Source: Escherichia coli
GTDB taxonomy: Bacteria > Pseudomonadota > Gammaproteobacteria > Enterobacterales > Enterobacteriaceae
Assembly (NCBI GenBank): GCA_902500125.1
Contig: GCA_902500125.1_4132.1
Strand: one strand, 5' to 3'
DNA length: 64,000 bases
Part shown: piece after piece, positions 1 through 11,428 of the stretch
How positions within the stretch are numbered: the first letter of the stretch is position 1
Layout: every line of letters starts with the position of its first letter
Notes under the pieces: generated by a model
What the model was told of the DNA's origin: nothing
The model's input: only the letters and a program-made list of their open reading frames with translations
Database searches by the model: none
Made by a program: the position numbers and the translations under genes

Positions 1-39
1 TCTGAAGAAGAATTCTTTCAAAGAAGTACTATTATCGAT

Positions 40-258
40 ATGAAAGATTTCACATATGAATCATTGGTTGAACTCAATACACGTTTTAACGATATTCAGG
101 AACGATTGCGACCAATTCTTCGTATCGAAGAAGAAGCCTGGATTGAAAGTATTAGGAAGATGCAAGAAATGTTGAAAGAAAATATTAACAATCTGGGTAA
201 AGCTACAATGGAATTTGGTAAAACTTTTAAACTGAACTTTTCAAAGGATCGTAAATGA
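40..258 (+). CDS. hypothetical small protein
   Basis: track ORF; first gene of colinear + strand block; no recognisable motif. Confidence 0.45.
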   Translation: MKDFTYESLVELNTRFNDIQERLRPILRIEEEAWIESIRKMQEMLKENINNLGKATMEFGKTFKLNFSKDRK

Positions 259-710
259 AAATTGATAATTTGATTCATGTTTTAGGATCTTTACATAAAA
301 TATTATCACATCTACATGAGATAAAGAAACTGGGATTTAACATCTCAAATTCAATTGAAACTACATTTAAATATCAATCAATTACTGGTGATGGTTATTA
401 CATAATCGAATATACTTATGAAACCGATCCAGACTTCTATCCTCTTACGTTGAGAATTTATCCAACAAATCCGAGAGGAATTCACGACATATCATCAATT
501 TCACTTGATCCAGATGGTGAAACGAGTATTGAATACAATAATGATTCAAAACCAGAATTTTACATTGATGATATTAAAATGATGTTCAACGATGAATATG
601 TTTTCCAACAAAGTACTGTGCATGATGTTGGAAGTACTAATGGACAATTTTGGAATACATGTTATTATCATATGATTGAAATTTGTAAATTACTAAAAGG
701 CGATGATTAA
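255..710 (+). CDS. hypothetical protein, EExFQxSTV-motif family
   Basis: track ORF; start overlaps previous stop; C-terminal NDEYVFQQSTVHD motif shared with >=15 ORFs in window. Confidence 0.6.
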   Translation: MKIDNLIHVLGSLHKILSHLHEIKKLGFNISNSIETTFKYQSITGDGYYIIEYTYETDPDFYPLTLRIYPTNPRGIHDISSISLDPDGETSIEYNNDSKPEFYIDDIKMMFNDEYVFQQSTVHDVGSTNGQFWNTCYYHMIEICKLLKGDD

Positions 711-1093
711 TGAAATACAGCATTGAAGTACATTACACTACAGGGGACACTGAAAATTGTTATGACGTTCTTAATACAATTGATATTCAATGGTCTTCTA
801 AAGAGGAAGCAGTTGCTGCTTTACAGTGCCTAAAAGAGCATTGGGTGTTTTATATGAAGCAAGATAATTGCTATACTAAAGAACACGAAACTATCGTTGA
901 AAATGCTAAACAAAAAGAGTGGTTTGACCCAATATCACCAGAATATTCATTCTTGGTTAAAGTTGGCGATGTGACAGTTCCATTACGAACACCGTGGAAC
1001 GGCTACTTTGAAACTCTTCATAATGCACGAGTTGTCGCTGTTGATAATCCTGAGCAAATCGATTTCGATTCATTGGACTGGAAAAAACTATGA
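710..1093 (+). CDS. hypothetical protein
   Basis: track ORF; ATGA overlap with upstream gene (translational coupling). Confidence 0.55.
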   Translation: MKYSIEVHYTTGDTENCYDVLNTIDIQWSSKEEAVAALQCLKEHWVFYMKQDNCYTKEHETIVENAKQKEWFDPISPEYSFLVKVGDVTVPLRTPWNGYFETLHNARVVAVDNPEQIDFDSLDWKKL

Positions 1094-1533
1094 CAGTACT
1101 GCACCAATTAAAGAAGGTTAAGCATCCAGTTGTATACGAGGATTGGAAACGACAGAAGTTGATGGGTGATTTTTATTTCCCAAAATCTAAAGTTCTTGCG
1201 AATTCAAGATGTACATATTTCAAACATAATGATAAAGATACAGTATTTGTTGAAATGGGTTTCAATCCATCAAATACAATGTTCAGTACTAACCAAACAT
1301 TTTACAAATTTCATATCCAAAAAGATTCATTTTCTATTATGATTATAAAATTTTTAGTTGAAGATCTGGTATACAGTGAAGAAAGAGTTCCTTTATCATT
1401 AGTGGATATTCCTTATGATAATTTAGAGGAAATGTACTTCCAACAGTTGACAGTACAAGAAAACTTTGGTATGATAGGACTTCAAGAGTTAGAGATGATT
1501 AAGCAAATTCGTGATATCTACTTTAAGGAGTAA
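1090..1533 (+). CDS. hypothetical protein, EExFQxSTV-motif family
   Basis: track ORF; C-terminal LEEMYFQQLTVQE motif. Confidence 0.6.
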   Translation: MTVLHQLKKVKHPVVYEDWKRQKLMGDFYFPKSKVLANSRCTYFKHNDKDTVFVEMGFNPSNTMFSTNQTFYKFHIQKDSFSIMIIKFLVEDLVYSEERVPLSLVDIPYDNLEEMYFQQLTVQENFGMIGLQELEMIKQIRDIYFKE

Positions 1534-1693
1534 CTATGCCAGTACGTAACAGTACTTCACGCTTTACGCTTCAACAGAAAGCAGATCTTTTGAATATGGC
1601 AAACAAAGATTCTAATTTTCACTATCTAGTACTCGGTGGTTCAGTTGAAAAGATTGACCTACGTGAGTGTATGAAATAACAAAAGGGGCTAAA

Positions 1694-1864
1694 ATGAGTC
1701 TACGTGAATCATGGGAACAATTTAAAGAAGAGATTGGTTATCGTGGTGTTAAGATTGAAAAAATCAATCGAACAGAAAGCATCAAAGCCAGTACTAATGG
1801 CACTACCTATGATCGTTATGATGAAAAGTATGGTTTGCATTCTAAACCGAAGGATACTGAATAA
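1694..1864 (+). CDS. hypothetical small protein
   Basis: track ORF 1667..1864 trimmed to internal ATG (MSLRES) preceded by AAAGGGG RBS. Confidence 0.45.
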   Translation: MSLRESWEQFKEEIGYRGVKIEKINRTESIKASTNGTTYDRYDEKYGLHSKPKDTE

Positions 1865-2003
1865 TGGTATACACTAACATTTTTACTGGTATTATGCGTA
1901 AATTTATTAATGGTACTGGATACGTATCTAATGACAACGGTAGTACATGGGTAAAAAATAATACTTCTGAATCTTTAGTAAAAAGTCTTCCGTATTATAA
2001 AGC

Positions 2004-2032
2004 TTGACACATGAAAATGGAGTATATATAAT
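2004..2032 (+). promoter_or_regulatory. sigma70-type promoter (TTGACA-N17-TATAAT)
   Basis: near-consensus -35/-10 hexamers with 17-bp spacer upstream of ORF 2065. Confidence 0.55.
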
Positions 2033-2064
2033 ACTCCTATATTAATTAAACGAGGATATACGAA

Positions 2065-2637
2065 ATGGCTGGTGTTGATAAAATTTGTGAATTCAGTTCA
2101 GATTATGAAGGTTACGAGATGTACAAGTCCAAGCGTAATCACATTCAAGTACTGTCAAAGTACCGTAAAGAATTCCGAGGCCACAAAGCAACATTGTATG
2201 TTTTTGAGAATGGATATTCTGAAGTTTTCACAAGTGGTGGGTACAGTACAGCTAACATGGCACATATCAACCCAAACCCAACTGAAGATGATTGGAATAG
2301 TGGTAACGCTTTTCGTATTTCAATTTTGAATAAAATGAATCGTTACGACCGTTATTGTACATTCTTTGAAAATATTTCAGAATACAAACAAGCATTAAAG
2401 AAATATAATCAACGCTTACTAATGAATTATGATTACATTCTTCATGTGCCAACTGTTCCAGGTCAGGTTAATGGTCTGTATACGAATAGTACACATGATT
2501 TAACTGCGGTGAAGCGTCGCCTCAAACGTATGTTGGGTTGTCGTAATTTAACAATCAAGGTTATGCGTAATGAATCAATGTATAACTTTTTAGATGTACT
2601 ACACTACACACTGAAGGATAATAATGGAAACGATTAA
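2065..2637 (+). CDS. hypothetical protein (190 aa)
   Basis: track ORF; RBS-like GAGGA upstream; no recognisable motif. Confidence 0.6.
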   Translation: MAGVDKICEFSSDYEGYEMYKSKRNHIQVLSKYRKEFRGHKATLYVFENGYSEVFTSGGYSTANMAHINPNPTEDDWNSGNAFRISILNKMNRYDRYCTFFENISEYKQALKKYNQRLLMNYDYILHVPTVPGQVNGLYTNSTHDLTAVKRRLKRMLGCRNLTIKVMRNESMYNFLDVLHYTLKDNNGND

Positions 2638-2821
2638 GTTTATGTTTGAGGTGTTTGTTGCATTCATCTTATGTGCTGTGTCTCTTACTATTGCTTTAAT
2701 CCCAGTAATCGTTTACCAAGTTAATGGTGGGACAGATCCAACAATTGATATTTTACTTCGTTGTTTCGGCTTTTTTATATGGTTGGCGATGTTTATGTAC
2801 TACATGCATCTTGAGGATTGA
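2624..2821 (+). CDS. small membrane protein (2 predicted TM helices)
   Basis: track ORF; hydrophobic stretches in translation. Confidence 0.5.
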   Translation: METIKFMFEVFVAFILCAVSLTIALIPVIVYQVNGGTDPTIDILLRCFGFFIWLAMFMYYMHLED

Positions 2822-3654
2822 TTATGTCATTAGAAAAAATAATCATTTCTGAATTCCGAAAGTATATCATGGATTGTGATAGAGATGTGCAGCGTAAGTT
2901 CAATGAGTACCTTGACAAATATCCGTATTTGATGTTTAATCCGTTTGAAACTGATGATGATTTATATCTTGGTTTTTACATAGGATTTACTCAACGAATT
3001 CTTCATAAAGATGAAATGAAACAATCTGAGATTTGGGTAGAAACTGACTCATCAGAGTCTAATGTTTTTTATCTTTATACATATTATGCCGAAATTGTTA
3101 GAGATACGACACCTGATGGTTGTCTATTTATACAATCGTCTGATATTGAAAGAATATATATCGAACCTGTATCTTTAGATATGGTTGCCCAGCTTCCAAC
3201 TATCCAACAGTTAGGTGCAGACGAATTAACTTATTCTGTATTTGAATATCTAGGTAGAGATGATTTGACTCAAGAAATTGATAAAATGGTTTCTAAATAT
3301 ACTTCATCACTTATTTCAAATGGTAAACTTAAATTAGAATTAATTTTTGAAGATACTAGTATTAATCCAGTAAGAGGGGTAACAATTGGAAAAGTTACCA
3401 TACGTGTTGTTTACGATAATGAAGTATTAGGATATATTTCAAAACGTGGACATGATTTATGTATAATTAGTACATTCGTTGTTTCTCGTAAAAAATGGAA
3501 TGATTTAATGCAAAAAATCGTGGACGGTAGTAAAATTCGTGATATAATATGTAATGACATGGTAATTATTAATCCTGATGTTGACTGTGATGTATATTTT
3601 CCAGTTCCTGGATTTACACGAGAAAACTTTAGTAAATTGAAGGATAAGAAATGA
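2818..3654 (+). CDS. hypothetical protein (278 aa)
   Basis: track ORF; ATGA overlap with upstream gene. Confidence 0.6.
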   Translation: MIMSLEKIIISEFRKYIMDCDRDVQRKFNEYLDKYPYLMFNPFETDDDLYLGFYIGFTQRILHKDEMKQSEIWVETDSSESNVFYLYTYYAEIVRDTTPDGCLFIQSSDIERIYIEPVSLDMVAQLPTIQQLGADELTYSVFEYLGRDDLTQEIDKMVSKYTSSLISNGKLKLELIFEDTSINPVRGVTIGKVTIRVVYDNEVLGYISKRGHDLCIISTFVVSRKKWNDLMQKIVDGSKIRDIICNDMVIINPDVDCDVYFPVPGFTRENFSKLKDKK

Positions 3655-3941
3655 AAATTTTAGAAGTCTTGCTAGAAAAAGATGCATCTGGTACTCTTTA
3701 TGTTGGTAATGAGTTCAGTCCAGATCCAATTGATATGTTACAGAGAATCCAAACACTGACTCAAAACATCTCGGTTAAAAAACCGTTTCAGAAAGAATTG
3801 GAAATCTTTTGTGATAAAGATATTGAACAGCATGATAATGTGATTTCAGATATTAAAAGTCTATTGACAAAAAATGGTTATGTAGAGTATAATCCTCCTA
3901 TCGTAATCGTTATTCCAGACTTCATGAAAGGAACAATTTAA
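3651..3941 (+). CDS. hypothetical protein
   Basis: track ORF; overlaps upstream stop. Confidence 0.5.
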   Translation: MKILEVLLEKDASGTLYVGNEFSPDPIDMLQRIQTLTQNISVKKPFQKELEIFCDKDIEQHDNVISDIKSLLTKNGYVEYNPPIVIVIPDFMKGTI

Positions 3942-4210
3942 TGACTAAAGAAGAAATGAAATCTCGCTTAAGCGAACTGAAGAAAGAACGTAAACTAGTA
4001 CGTTTAGACTGGGATATCCTTAACAGGAAAGATGAGCAATCATATGCTAACTGGAGTTCTGATAAAGTACGAAATGACCGTTCTAAAGAAGATGCAAAGC
4101 AATTCATGGCATTATCGAAGCGACTATCATCTTTGAACAGTGAAATTACTGGCCTTCAGAAAGAGATTATTTCCATTCTTAAAGCGGAGATTGAATCACT
4201 CTATGAATAA
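3941..4210 (+). CDS. hypothetical charged coiled-coil-like protein
   Basis: track ORF; K/E-rich heptad-like translation. Confidence 0.5.
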   Translation: MTKEEMKSRLSELKKERKLVRLDWDILNRKDEQSYANWSSDKVRNDRSKEDAKQFMALSKRLSSLNSEITGLQKEIISILKAEIESLYE

Positions 4211-4499
4211 ACATGAAGTAATTCATTTTGATGATAAGATCTATATTCCAAATATTGATAGTACTGAAACATATTACCTAATCAATAAGATTATGGCTGA
4301 AACAAATACGTGTTGTCGTCAACAGCCAGGAAAATATGAGTTCAGTCAGACTATTGGTTATTACCGATATGATATGTTAGAATCATTTACAATTGATAAG
4401 TCTAAAGTTATTGACATTCTTGTACAGAATGGATATAATGAACAACGTGTAAATAATACAGATTTACCAGTTTCAAAAATTGTTCTTTCTAATAATTAA
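4203..4499 (+). CDS. hypothetical protein
   Basis: track ORF 4140..4499 trimmed to ATG (MNKHEV) overlapping upstream stop. Confidence 0.5.
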   Translation: MNKHEVIHFDDKIYIPNIDSTETYYLINKIMAETNTCCRQQPGKYEFSQTIGYYRYDMLESFTIDKSKVIDILVQNGYNEQRVNNTDLPVSKIVLSNN

Positions 4500-4502
4500 A
4501 AA

Positions 4503-4531
4503 TTGGACAAGAACAGATATTGTGATATAAT
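4503..4531 (+). promoter_or_regulatory. sigma70-type promoter with TG-extended -10 (TTGGAC-N17-TGnTATAAT)
   Basis: hexamers and spacing read directly; followed by hairpin plus T-run at ~4567-4586. Confidence 0.5.
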
Positions 4532-4614
4532 GTTTGTTATCGGCAGATATTAAAATGCAAACCATTCCTCAATGATGAGGGTTTTTCATAAAAAAGAAAT
4601 AAAAGGGTATTAAA

Positions 4615-4824
4615 ATGGCTAAAGAAACTAACGCACAAGTACTAGATATCACCGACTTCGACCGCACTGTGAACTATATTCAATTCCAGATTCATCAAGC
4701 AGAAGAAGCTCTAGCAGTATTCCACGGTACTGGTGCAAGGCCAATCCGTTTTGCTCACTTGATTGCATGGAAGAAAAGTCTTCAAGAAGAACTATCTGAA
4801 CTGCGTAAAGCAAATCGTAAGTAA
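4615..4824 (+). CDS. hypothetical small protein
   Basis: track ORF; RBS AAAGGG upstream; flanked by hairpins. Confidence 0.5.
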   Translation: MAKETNAQVLDITDFDRTVNYIQFQIHQAEEALAVFHGTGARPIRFAHLIAWKKSLQEELSELRKANRK

Positions 4825-4889
4825 TTTATCTTACCGCCTCATCATTTTTGATGGGGCATTTTAATCATATAAAGTAAGAGGATTTATAA

Positions 4890-5396
4890 ATGAGTGTTGA
4901 ATATTGGTTTTTGTTTGTGTGTATTGGTACACTTGCATTAATCACCATTGGATTGATTTTCAATACCATGATTAGTGGAAGTAAGTACTTTAAGACATTC
5001 CAACTTTTAATGTCTGCTATGCCATATAGTGCTGATGCCGAAAAAACAATTTCTCTAATTTTAGATAAGTTCGATGCAAATCTTTTGGTGGCTAAAATTT
5101 CAGCATGTGATACAAATATTTCATTTTACACTGTAGAGACAGAACAGAATGGGATTGATACACAATACTCAAATCCAGTAGTTGCTGAAATTTTCATTGG
5201 TTCAAAATATTATGCCTATGGATATGTAAGAAAATATTATTCAGAAGCAAAAGCTGAGTTGACGAAGAAGCGACCATCAATAAAAACTTTAAAACGCATC
5301 ATTGCGTTGGAAAAATCACTTCGTGGTCAAACAAGCGTTAATGAGCCACCATCAGTGATTAAATCCAAAAAAAGTAATGTTGTGGAGTTGGAGTAA
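4890..5396 (+). CDS. membrane-anchored hypothetical protein
   Basis: track ORF; N-terminal hydrophobic helix; RBS AAGAGGA. Confidence 0.55.
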   Translation: MSVEYWFLFVCIGTLALITIGLIFNTMISGSKYFKTFQLLMSAMPYSADAEKTISLILDKFDANLLVAKISACDTNISFYTVETEQNGIDTQYSNPVVAEIFIGSKYYAYGYVRKYYSEAKAELTKKRPSIKTLKRIIALEKSLRGQTSVNEPPSVIKSKKSNVVELE

Positions 5397-5686
5397 TGGA
5401 ACCAGAAAAATCAAGAAAAATTCTTATTGATGTCCAAACTAAATTATTAGATATTATGGAAATCATCAATGAGTTACCACAGGGTTATCAGTACAAAGTT
5501 CGTGAAATGTTATCTTGTGCCGAAACCGTTGTTTCTATGTACGATGATATTCAACATGGTATTATCCCTGATATTCTCAAAGATGACGTAAATATTAACA
5601 CTGAGGTAAAAGAAACTAAATTAGAATCAGAAACAGTATCTAATAAAAAAGTTCTAGACCTTAGTGGTATAAAAATTAATATCTAA
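5396..5686 (+). CDS. hypothetical protein
   Basis: track ORF; start overlaps upstream stop. Confidence 0.5.
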   Translation: MEPEKSRKILIDVQTKLLDIMEIINELPQGYQYKVREMLSCAETVVSMYDDIQHGIIPDILKDDVNINTEVKETKLESETVSNKKVLDLSGIKINI

Positions 5687-5874
5687 AAAACATCCAATAG
5701 GAGAAGTAATGAGTAATCAAAAAATCGACTTAGTAGTAAAACTTCAAGAGATTCAAGCACTAGCTAAAGACCTTGATAACACACGTGCATCAGTAGTTGA
5801 TTCACTATGTGCAACAATCCTGACTGTTTTTACAGATTACGAAAATAAATCTGATTAAACGTTACTTTGTAAAT

Positions 5875-5902
5875 ACCCAGTCAAGTACTGGGTATTTTTT
5901 TA
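5875..5902 (+). terminator. rho-independent terminator (ACCCAGT..ACTGGGT hairpin plus T-run)
   Basis: inverted repeat followed by T7 run read directly; approximate coordinates. Confidence 0.6.
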
Positions 5903-5912
5903 AGGAAATAAA

Positions 5913-6305
5913 ATGACTGAATCAGAACTACACGAAATGATAGATTTCATTTATGAAATGGTACAAGATAAAAATAACATCAATACAATTGCATCAGGCC
6001 CAAGACAAATTGGTAACCAAATAACATATTCTTTGTCCTTATGGTTACACCCGTGCATTAAGGTTGATTGTTTGTATTTCCGTCCTGATATTGATGCTTA
6101 TTATTTTGTCAATCATGATGCATTAATGAAACCACATAATCGTCCAGTTGATGATACCTTTGTGATACACCCATTTTACCTGGCTGATTCCGAAGAAGAT
6201 GAGTTTCAAAAGAACACAACGTTAAGCCCAGGTGAAATTTGCATCCCTTACGTACTTAAAGATAAAATGAATCACATCACAGAAGTTATGAAAACATGCT
6301 GGTAG
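5913..6305 (+). CDS. hypothetical protein, EExFQxSTV-motif family
   Basis: track ORF; SEEDEFQKNTTLS motif near C-terminus. Confidence 0.55.
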   Translation: MTESELHEMIDFIYEMVQDKNNINTIASGPRQIGNQITYSLSLWLHPCIKVDCLYFRPDIDAYYFVNHDALMKPHNRPVDDTFVIHPFYLADSEEDEFQKNTTLSPGEICIPYVLKDKMNHITEVMKTCW

Positions 6306-6353
6306 ATGCAATGAAACTCTGATATAATACAAATAATGATAATAGGAGGATAT

Positions 6354-6572
6354 ATGAAATTTATTGATTTTGATATTTCTAAGGCCAAAGAATTATTTGT
6401 AAGAAATGAAGTTTATGATATCATGTTACATAACGGCACTGTACAAGAAGATGTTGTGTTGTTTTCGTTTGATGGTGAAAATCTCGAAACTATATATAAA
6501 TTCAGCAACTTAGATGGTGACTTTTGGGAAACCAGTGCTGTTAAAATGTATAGAATTAAAAAGGAGCATTAA
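6354..6572 (+). CDS. hypothetical small protein
   Basis: track ORF 6336..6572 trimmed to ATG after AGGAGG RBS. Confidence 0.5.
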   Translation: MKFIDFDISKAKELFVRNEVYDIMLHNGTVQEDVVLFSFDGENLETIYKFSNLDGDFWETSAVKMYRIKKEH

Positions 6573-6573
6573 C

Positions 6574-7062
6574 ATGCCAATTCGTGGTGTACCAGAACCA
6601 TTAATGGAAGTTATTAAGCATGTTCGCATTGGAGATCGAGAAGTTAATCTTCGCCGTAATAACATTTATTACTTTAAAACTTCAGAAATGAGTTCTGTAC
6701 AGATTGTCATTGGTACATCTATTAAGATTACTCGTGTACTTGATGGTAGTACTGATTTCGTTGAATATAATGTACTTACTAACAAAGTAATACACACATA
6801 TAAATGGAGTGGGTATAAAACTATTAAGTATGAGTTTGATGTTGCTAGAACTGAAGAAGAACGATTTATGTTAAGTACTATCAATCCAGCAAACTACCCT
6901 GAACTTGATACATTTTTGCTAATTTTAAAACTGTATAATGAAGCAAATGGGAAAGCTAAGGAGTATGATAGAATTATGTATGAACGCAAAAAAGAACGTG
7001 CTCAGAAAAGTTATGATCTTTATGATAACCCATATGTAAAATATAATAAGGGGAGAAAATGA
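6574..7062 (+). CDS. hypothetical protein, EExFQxSTV-motif family
   Basis: track ORF 6514..7062 trimmed to ATG after AAGGAG RBS; TEEERFMLSTINP motif. Confidence 0.55.
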   Translation: MPIRGVPEPLMEVIKHVRIGDREVNLRRNNIYYFKTSEMSSVQIVIGTSIKITRVLDGSTDFVEYNVLTNKVIHTYKWSGYKTIKYEFDVARTEEERFMLSTINPANYPELDTFLLILKLYNEANGKAKEYDRIMYERKKERAQKSYDLYDNPYVKYNKGRK

Positions 7063-7463
7063 ATAACGAAGTTCAAATTATCATAACTCCACCTATACAA
7101 AGTCTTGATGTATCTATTAGTGATTTTTTAGAAAAATATTATGAATGGTTTAATAATGATAATACCATTTATAATCATTCATTACCAGATGGTTTCGTGG
7201 AGCTTATCGAATTAAATTCAAAATCACTATACTTCTGTGTTGAATACAATGATTATATGACAGATGAAGCTTATCGCTTTCGTTGTACATTGTATCCGAA
7301 TTATTTTTCAATAGGTTATAAAGATTACCAGTACTGTACCACTAACTATAGTGTTGAGGAAGAATTTCAGTACAATTTACTTTATCCTGATTTAGATTAT
7401 ACGATTGCAGTACTGTTGACTAAAATCATGGATTTTTATAAAGATAAATATAATGCAGCCTAA
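7059..7463 (+). CDS. hypothetical protein, EExFQxSTV-motif family
   Basis: track ORF; VEEEFQYNLLYP motif; ATGA overlap upstream. Confidence 0.55.
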   Translation: MNNEVQIIITPPIQSLDVSISDFLEKYYEWFNNDNTIYNHSLPDGFVELIELNSKSLYFCVEYNDYMTDEAYRFRCTLYPNYFSIGYKDYQYCTTNYSVEEEFQYNLLYPDLDYTIAVLLTKIMDFYKDKYNAA

Positions 7464-7638
7464 GACATTTGATGAGTGGTTTAATCTACACTATAATATA
7501 AATGCAGCAGATATATACTATTTTAAGCTTGAATTGTATATATCATTGCGTAACCCAATTGAGTACTATAACAACATTATCAATTGTGATGATTTTGGTA
7601 CATATTTTAGTATAGCCGTTATGGATATTAAGAGATGA
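7453..7638 (+). CDS. hypothetical small protein
   Basis: track ORF; overlaps neighbours. Confidence 0.4.
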   Translation: MQPKTFDEWFNLHYNINAADIYYFKLELYISLRNPIEYYNNIINCDDFGTYFSIAVMDIKR

Positions 7639-7814
7639 CACATGAAGAATGGATGGCAATGATGAAAAAACGTTATGACCAGTTTGGAAATGGATTTATT
7701 GATGGTCATTTCGATATTTTACGAGACAAATATAAGTTCGAATCATATGTACTAGATGAGAATGGAAATCGTTGGTTCATCTATGAGCTTGCGGTTAGAG
7801 ACAAAAAAATATAA
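7635..7814 (+). CDS. MTHEEWM-family mini-protein (59 aa)
   Basis: own translation from ATG overlapping upstream stop; MTHEEWMAMMKKRYDQFGNG..; paralogous to 7893, 8412, 9400, 9561, 9722. Confidence 0.55.
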   Translation: MTHEEWMAMMKKRYDQFGNGFIDGHFDILRDKYKFESYVLDENGNRWFIYELAVRDKKI

Positions 7815-7892
7815 TAACCTTTTCCATTGTCCATTGCAATGCTTTCTTTACAGAAGAATAAATGAAACACTTAATTGAACTGGATACATAAA

Positions 7893-8069
7893 ATGACACA
7901 TGAAGAATGGATAGAGTCACTAAAATATAAACATGATCATTTTGGATTTGGTATACGCCAAGGCCATTATGATGTTTTGAACGATAAAAAAACGTTCGAA
8001 TCATTGGTTTTGGACGAAGATTCCAACCACTGGTTCATCTACGAGCTTGCTATTAGAGATAAAAAATAG
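7893..8069 (+). CDS. MTHEEWM-family mini-protein
   Basis: track ORF 7875..8069 trimmed to conserved MTHEEW start. Confidence 0.55.
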   Translation: MTHEEWIESLKYKHDHFGFGIRQGHYDVLNDKKTFESLVLDEDSNHWFIYELAIRDKK

Positions 8070-8074
8070 TAAGA

Positions 8075-8410
<336 letters not shown>

Positions 8411-8411
8411 A

Positions 8412-8594
8412 ATGACACACGAAGAATGGATGTCCAAACAGCATAAAGAACATGACTGCTTTGGGAATGGCATTCGTCAGGTACATTATGATATATTAAG
8501 AGATGAAAATCTTTTCAGGTCATATGTTTTGGATACCAGAAAACCCTGGTTTATATGCGAACTGGCATTTAGAAAGTCAAATAATCAAAACTAA
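8412..8594 (+). CDS. MTHEEWM-family mini-protein
   Basis: track ORF 8394..8594 trimmed to MTHEEW start; upstream DNA near-identical to that before 7893. Confidence 0.55.
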   Translation: MTHEEWMSKQHKEHDCFGNGIRQVHYDILRDENLFRSYVLDTRKPWFICELAFRKSNNQN

Positions 8595-8610
8595 ACAAGG
8601 AATACAAAAA

Positions 8611-8829
8611 ATGGAAACAACTTTATTTGAAGTTATTCAATCATTAAAACCTGAAGATGAGGTTCAAGTACTACTACATGGTTATCGTGTAAAAGGTACT
8701 GTGGTTTTAGTCAATGATACAACATTGGTTATTACAGAAACAAACCCATATGATAGTAATCAACTTGCCAATATCCATATCGATATCACTGGAATTATTG
8801 GTGTCGGTGTATCTAAAACACTTGCATAA
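8611..8829 (+). CDS. hypothetical small protein
   Basis: track ORF 8503..8829 trimmed to ATG (METTLFEV) downstream of the previous gene. Confidence 0.45.
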   Translation: METTLFEVIQSLKPEDEVQVLLHGYRVKGTVVLVNDTTLVITETNPYDSNQLANIHIDITGIIGVGVSKTLA

Positions 8830-8882
8830 ATCATTAATTCATTATATAATGATTATCACTGGTTCTAGATGAGGATAATATT

Positions 8883-9155
8883 ATGCATTTTGAAAAATTC
8901 AACGTAAATCGTAACACACGCATTGAAGTTCTTTATGAAACTCAAGACACCATTAGTATTCGTACAAGTAGTGGGGATGTATATCATGACTGTACGATTG
9001 GCTGGGAACAGGGAAGAACGCGTAGTGCAGTATTTGATAATTATCGCTTTTATCAAGGAGACACTACGATTTGGCCTGAATACGTAGAAGATATTGCGTT
9101 TGAAGATGAACATAAAGATGAATTTATCAAATTTAATCCTCAAACTGAATCATAA
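8883..9155 (+). CDS. hypothetical protein
   Basis: track ORF; RBS GAGGA upstream. Confidence 0.55.
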   Translation: MHFEKFNVNRNTRIEVLYETQDTISIRTSSGDVYHDCTIGWEQGRTRSAVFDNYRFYQGDTTIWPEYVEDIAFEDEHKDEFIKFNPQTES

Positions 9156-9172
9156 ATAATGGGACATCACAT

Positions 9173-9288
<116 letters not shown>

Positions 9289-9292
9289 AAAT

Positions 9293-9394
<102 letters not shown>

Positions 9395-9399
9395 AAACC

Positions 9400-9560
<161 letters not shown>

Positions 9561-9564
<4 letters not shown>

Positions 9565-9721
9565 CACATGAAGAATGGATGAATGACATTAATTTTAGAT
9601 ATTCGGGTATCGGTAGATGGCTAAAGTATCATTGGGAATTCATTTCAGAGCCACATATGTATGATAAACTTATCAACGATCCAGCATATGAAATGTACTT
9701 AATTGAACTACTGGTACGAAT

Positions 9722-9725
<4 letters not shown>
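9561..9725 (+). CDS. MTHEEWM-family mini-protein (54 aa)
   Basis: own translation; ATGA overlap with previous paralog; near-duplicate of 9400. Confidence 0.5.
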
Positions 9726-9894
<169 letters not shown>

Positions 9895-9897
9895 AAG

Positions 9898-10311
<414 letters not shown>

Positions 10312-10368
10312 CTAAATAATTCAGTACTGAGGATATTAATATGTTTAAAGATGAACGTCCAGATTTGT

Positions 10369-10406
<38 letters not shown>

Positions 10407-10414
10407 GAATTCCA

Positions 10415-10750
10415 CAATCAGACGTATATGGTGTAAGTTACGTCGATGCAATCCAGAACAAGATCTCTGGTACTCTAGGAAGTGGTGAATGTTAACCTAG
10501 ACGGGTTTGATAATTGGACGATAGGCAATTATTACTTGACTAGCAGGTTTAAACTAGAGGTGACAGTCCTTCATCAAACTGGAAAACCGGATGGACTTTT
10601 ATTTAAAAGGGTAAGGCGTGGAAATATGTTTACAGAAGTTGCTTTTAGTAGCCTGTACGCCCCACGTCAAGGTAGCCGAAAGGTAAGTTAAAACGGGTGG
10701 TTATAAAGCTGAATTGACAGCGACGTTTAAAAGCGTCACCATCCATTTTT
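10415..10750 (+). ncRNA. candidate structured ncRNA of unknown class
   Basis: ~330 nt between promoter and T8 run; GC-richer than flanks; GNRA-like CCGAAAGG hairpin; only ORF has no convincing start. Confidence 0.35.
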
Positions 10751-10769
10751 TTTAATTAAAGTTGGTGAT

Positions 10770-11159
<390 letters not shown>

Positions 11160-11184
11160 TTTTCAGTACTGATATAATTAATTT

Positions 11185-11421
<237 letters not shown>

Positions 11422-11428
11422 CTAAATC

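Noticed and set aside
10482-10691. 69-aa track ORF inside the GC-rich region after the 10378 promoter
   Set aside because: GTG start without a convincing RBS (the nearby ATG hits a stop after 3 codons), and composition unlike neighbouring genes; more likely part of a structured RNA, though translation is not excluded.
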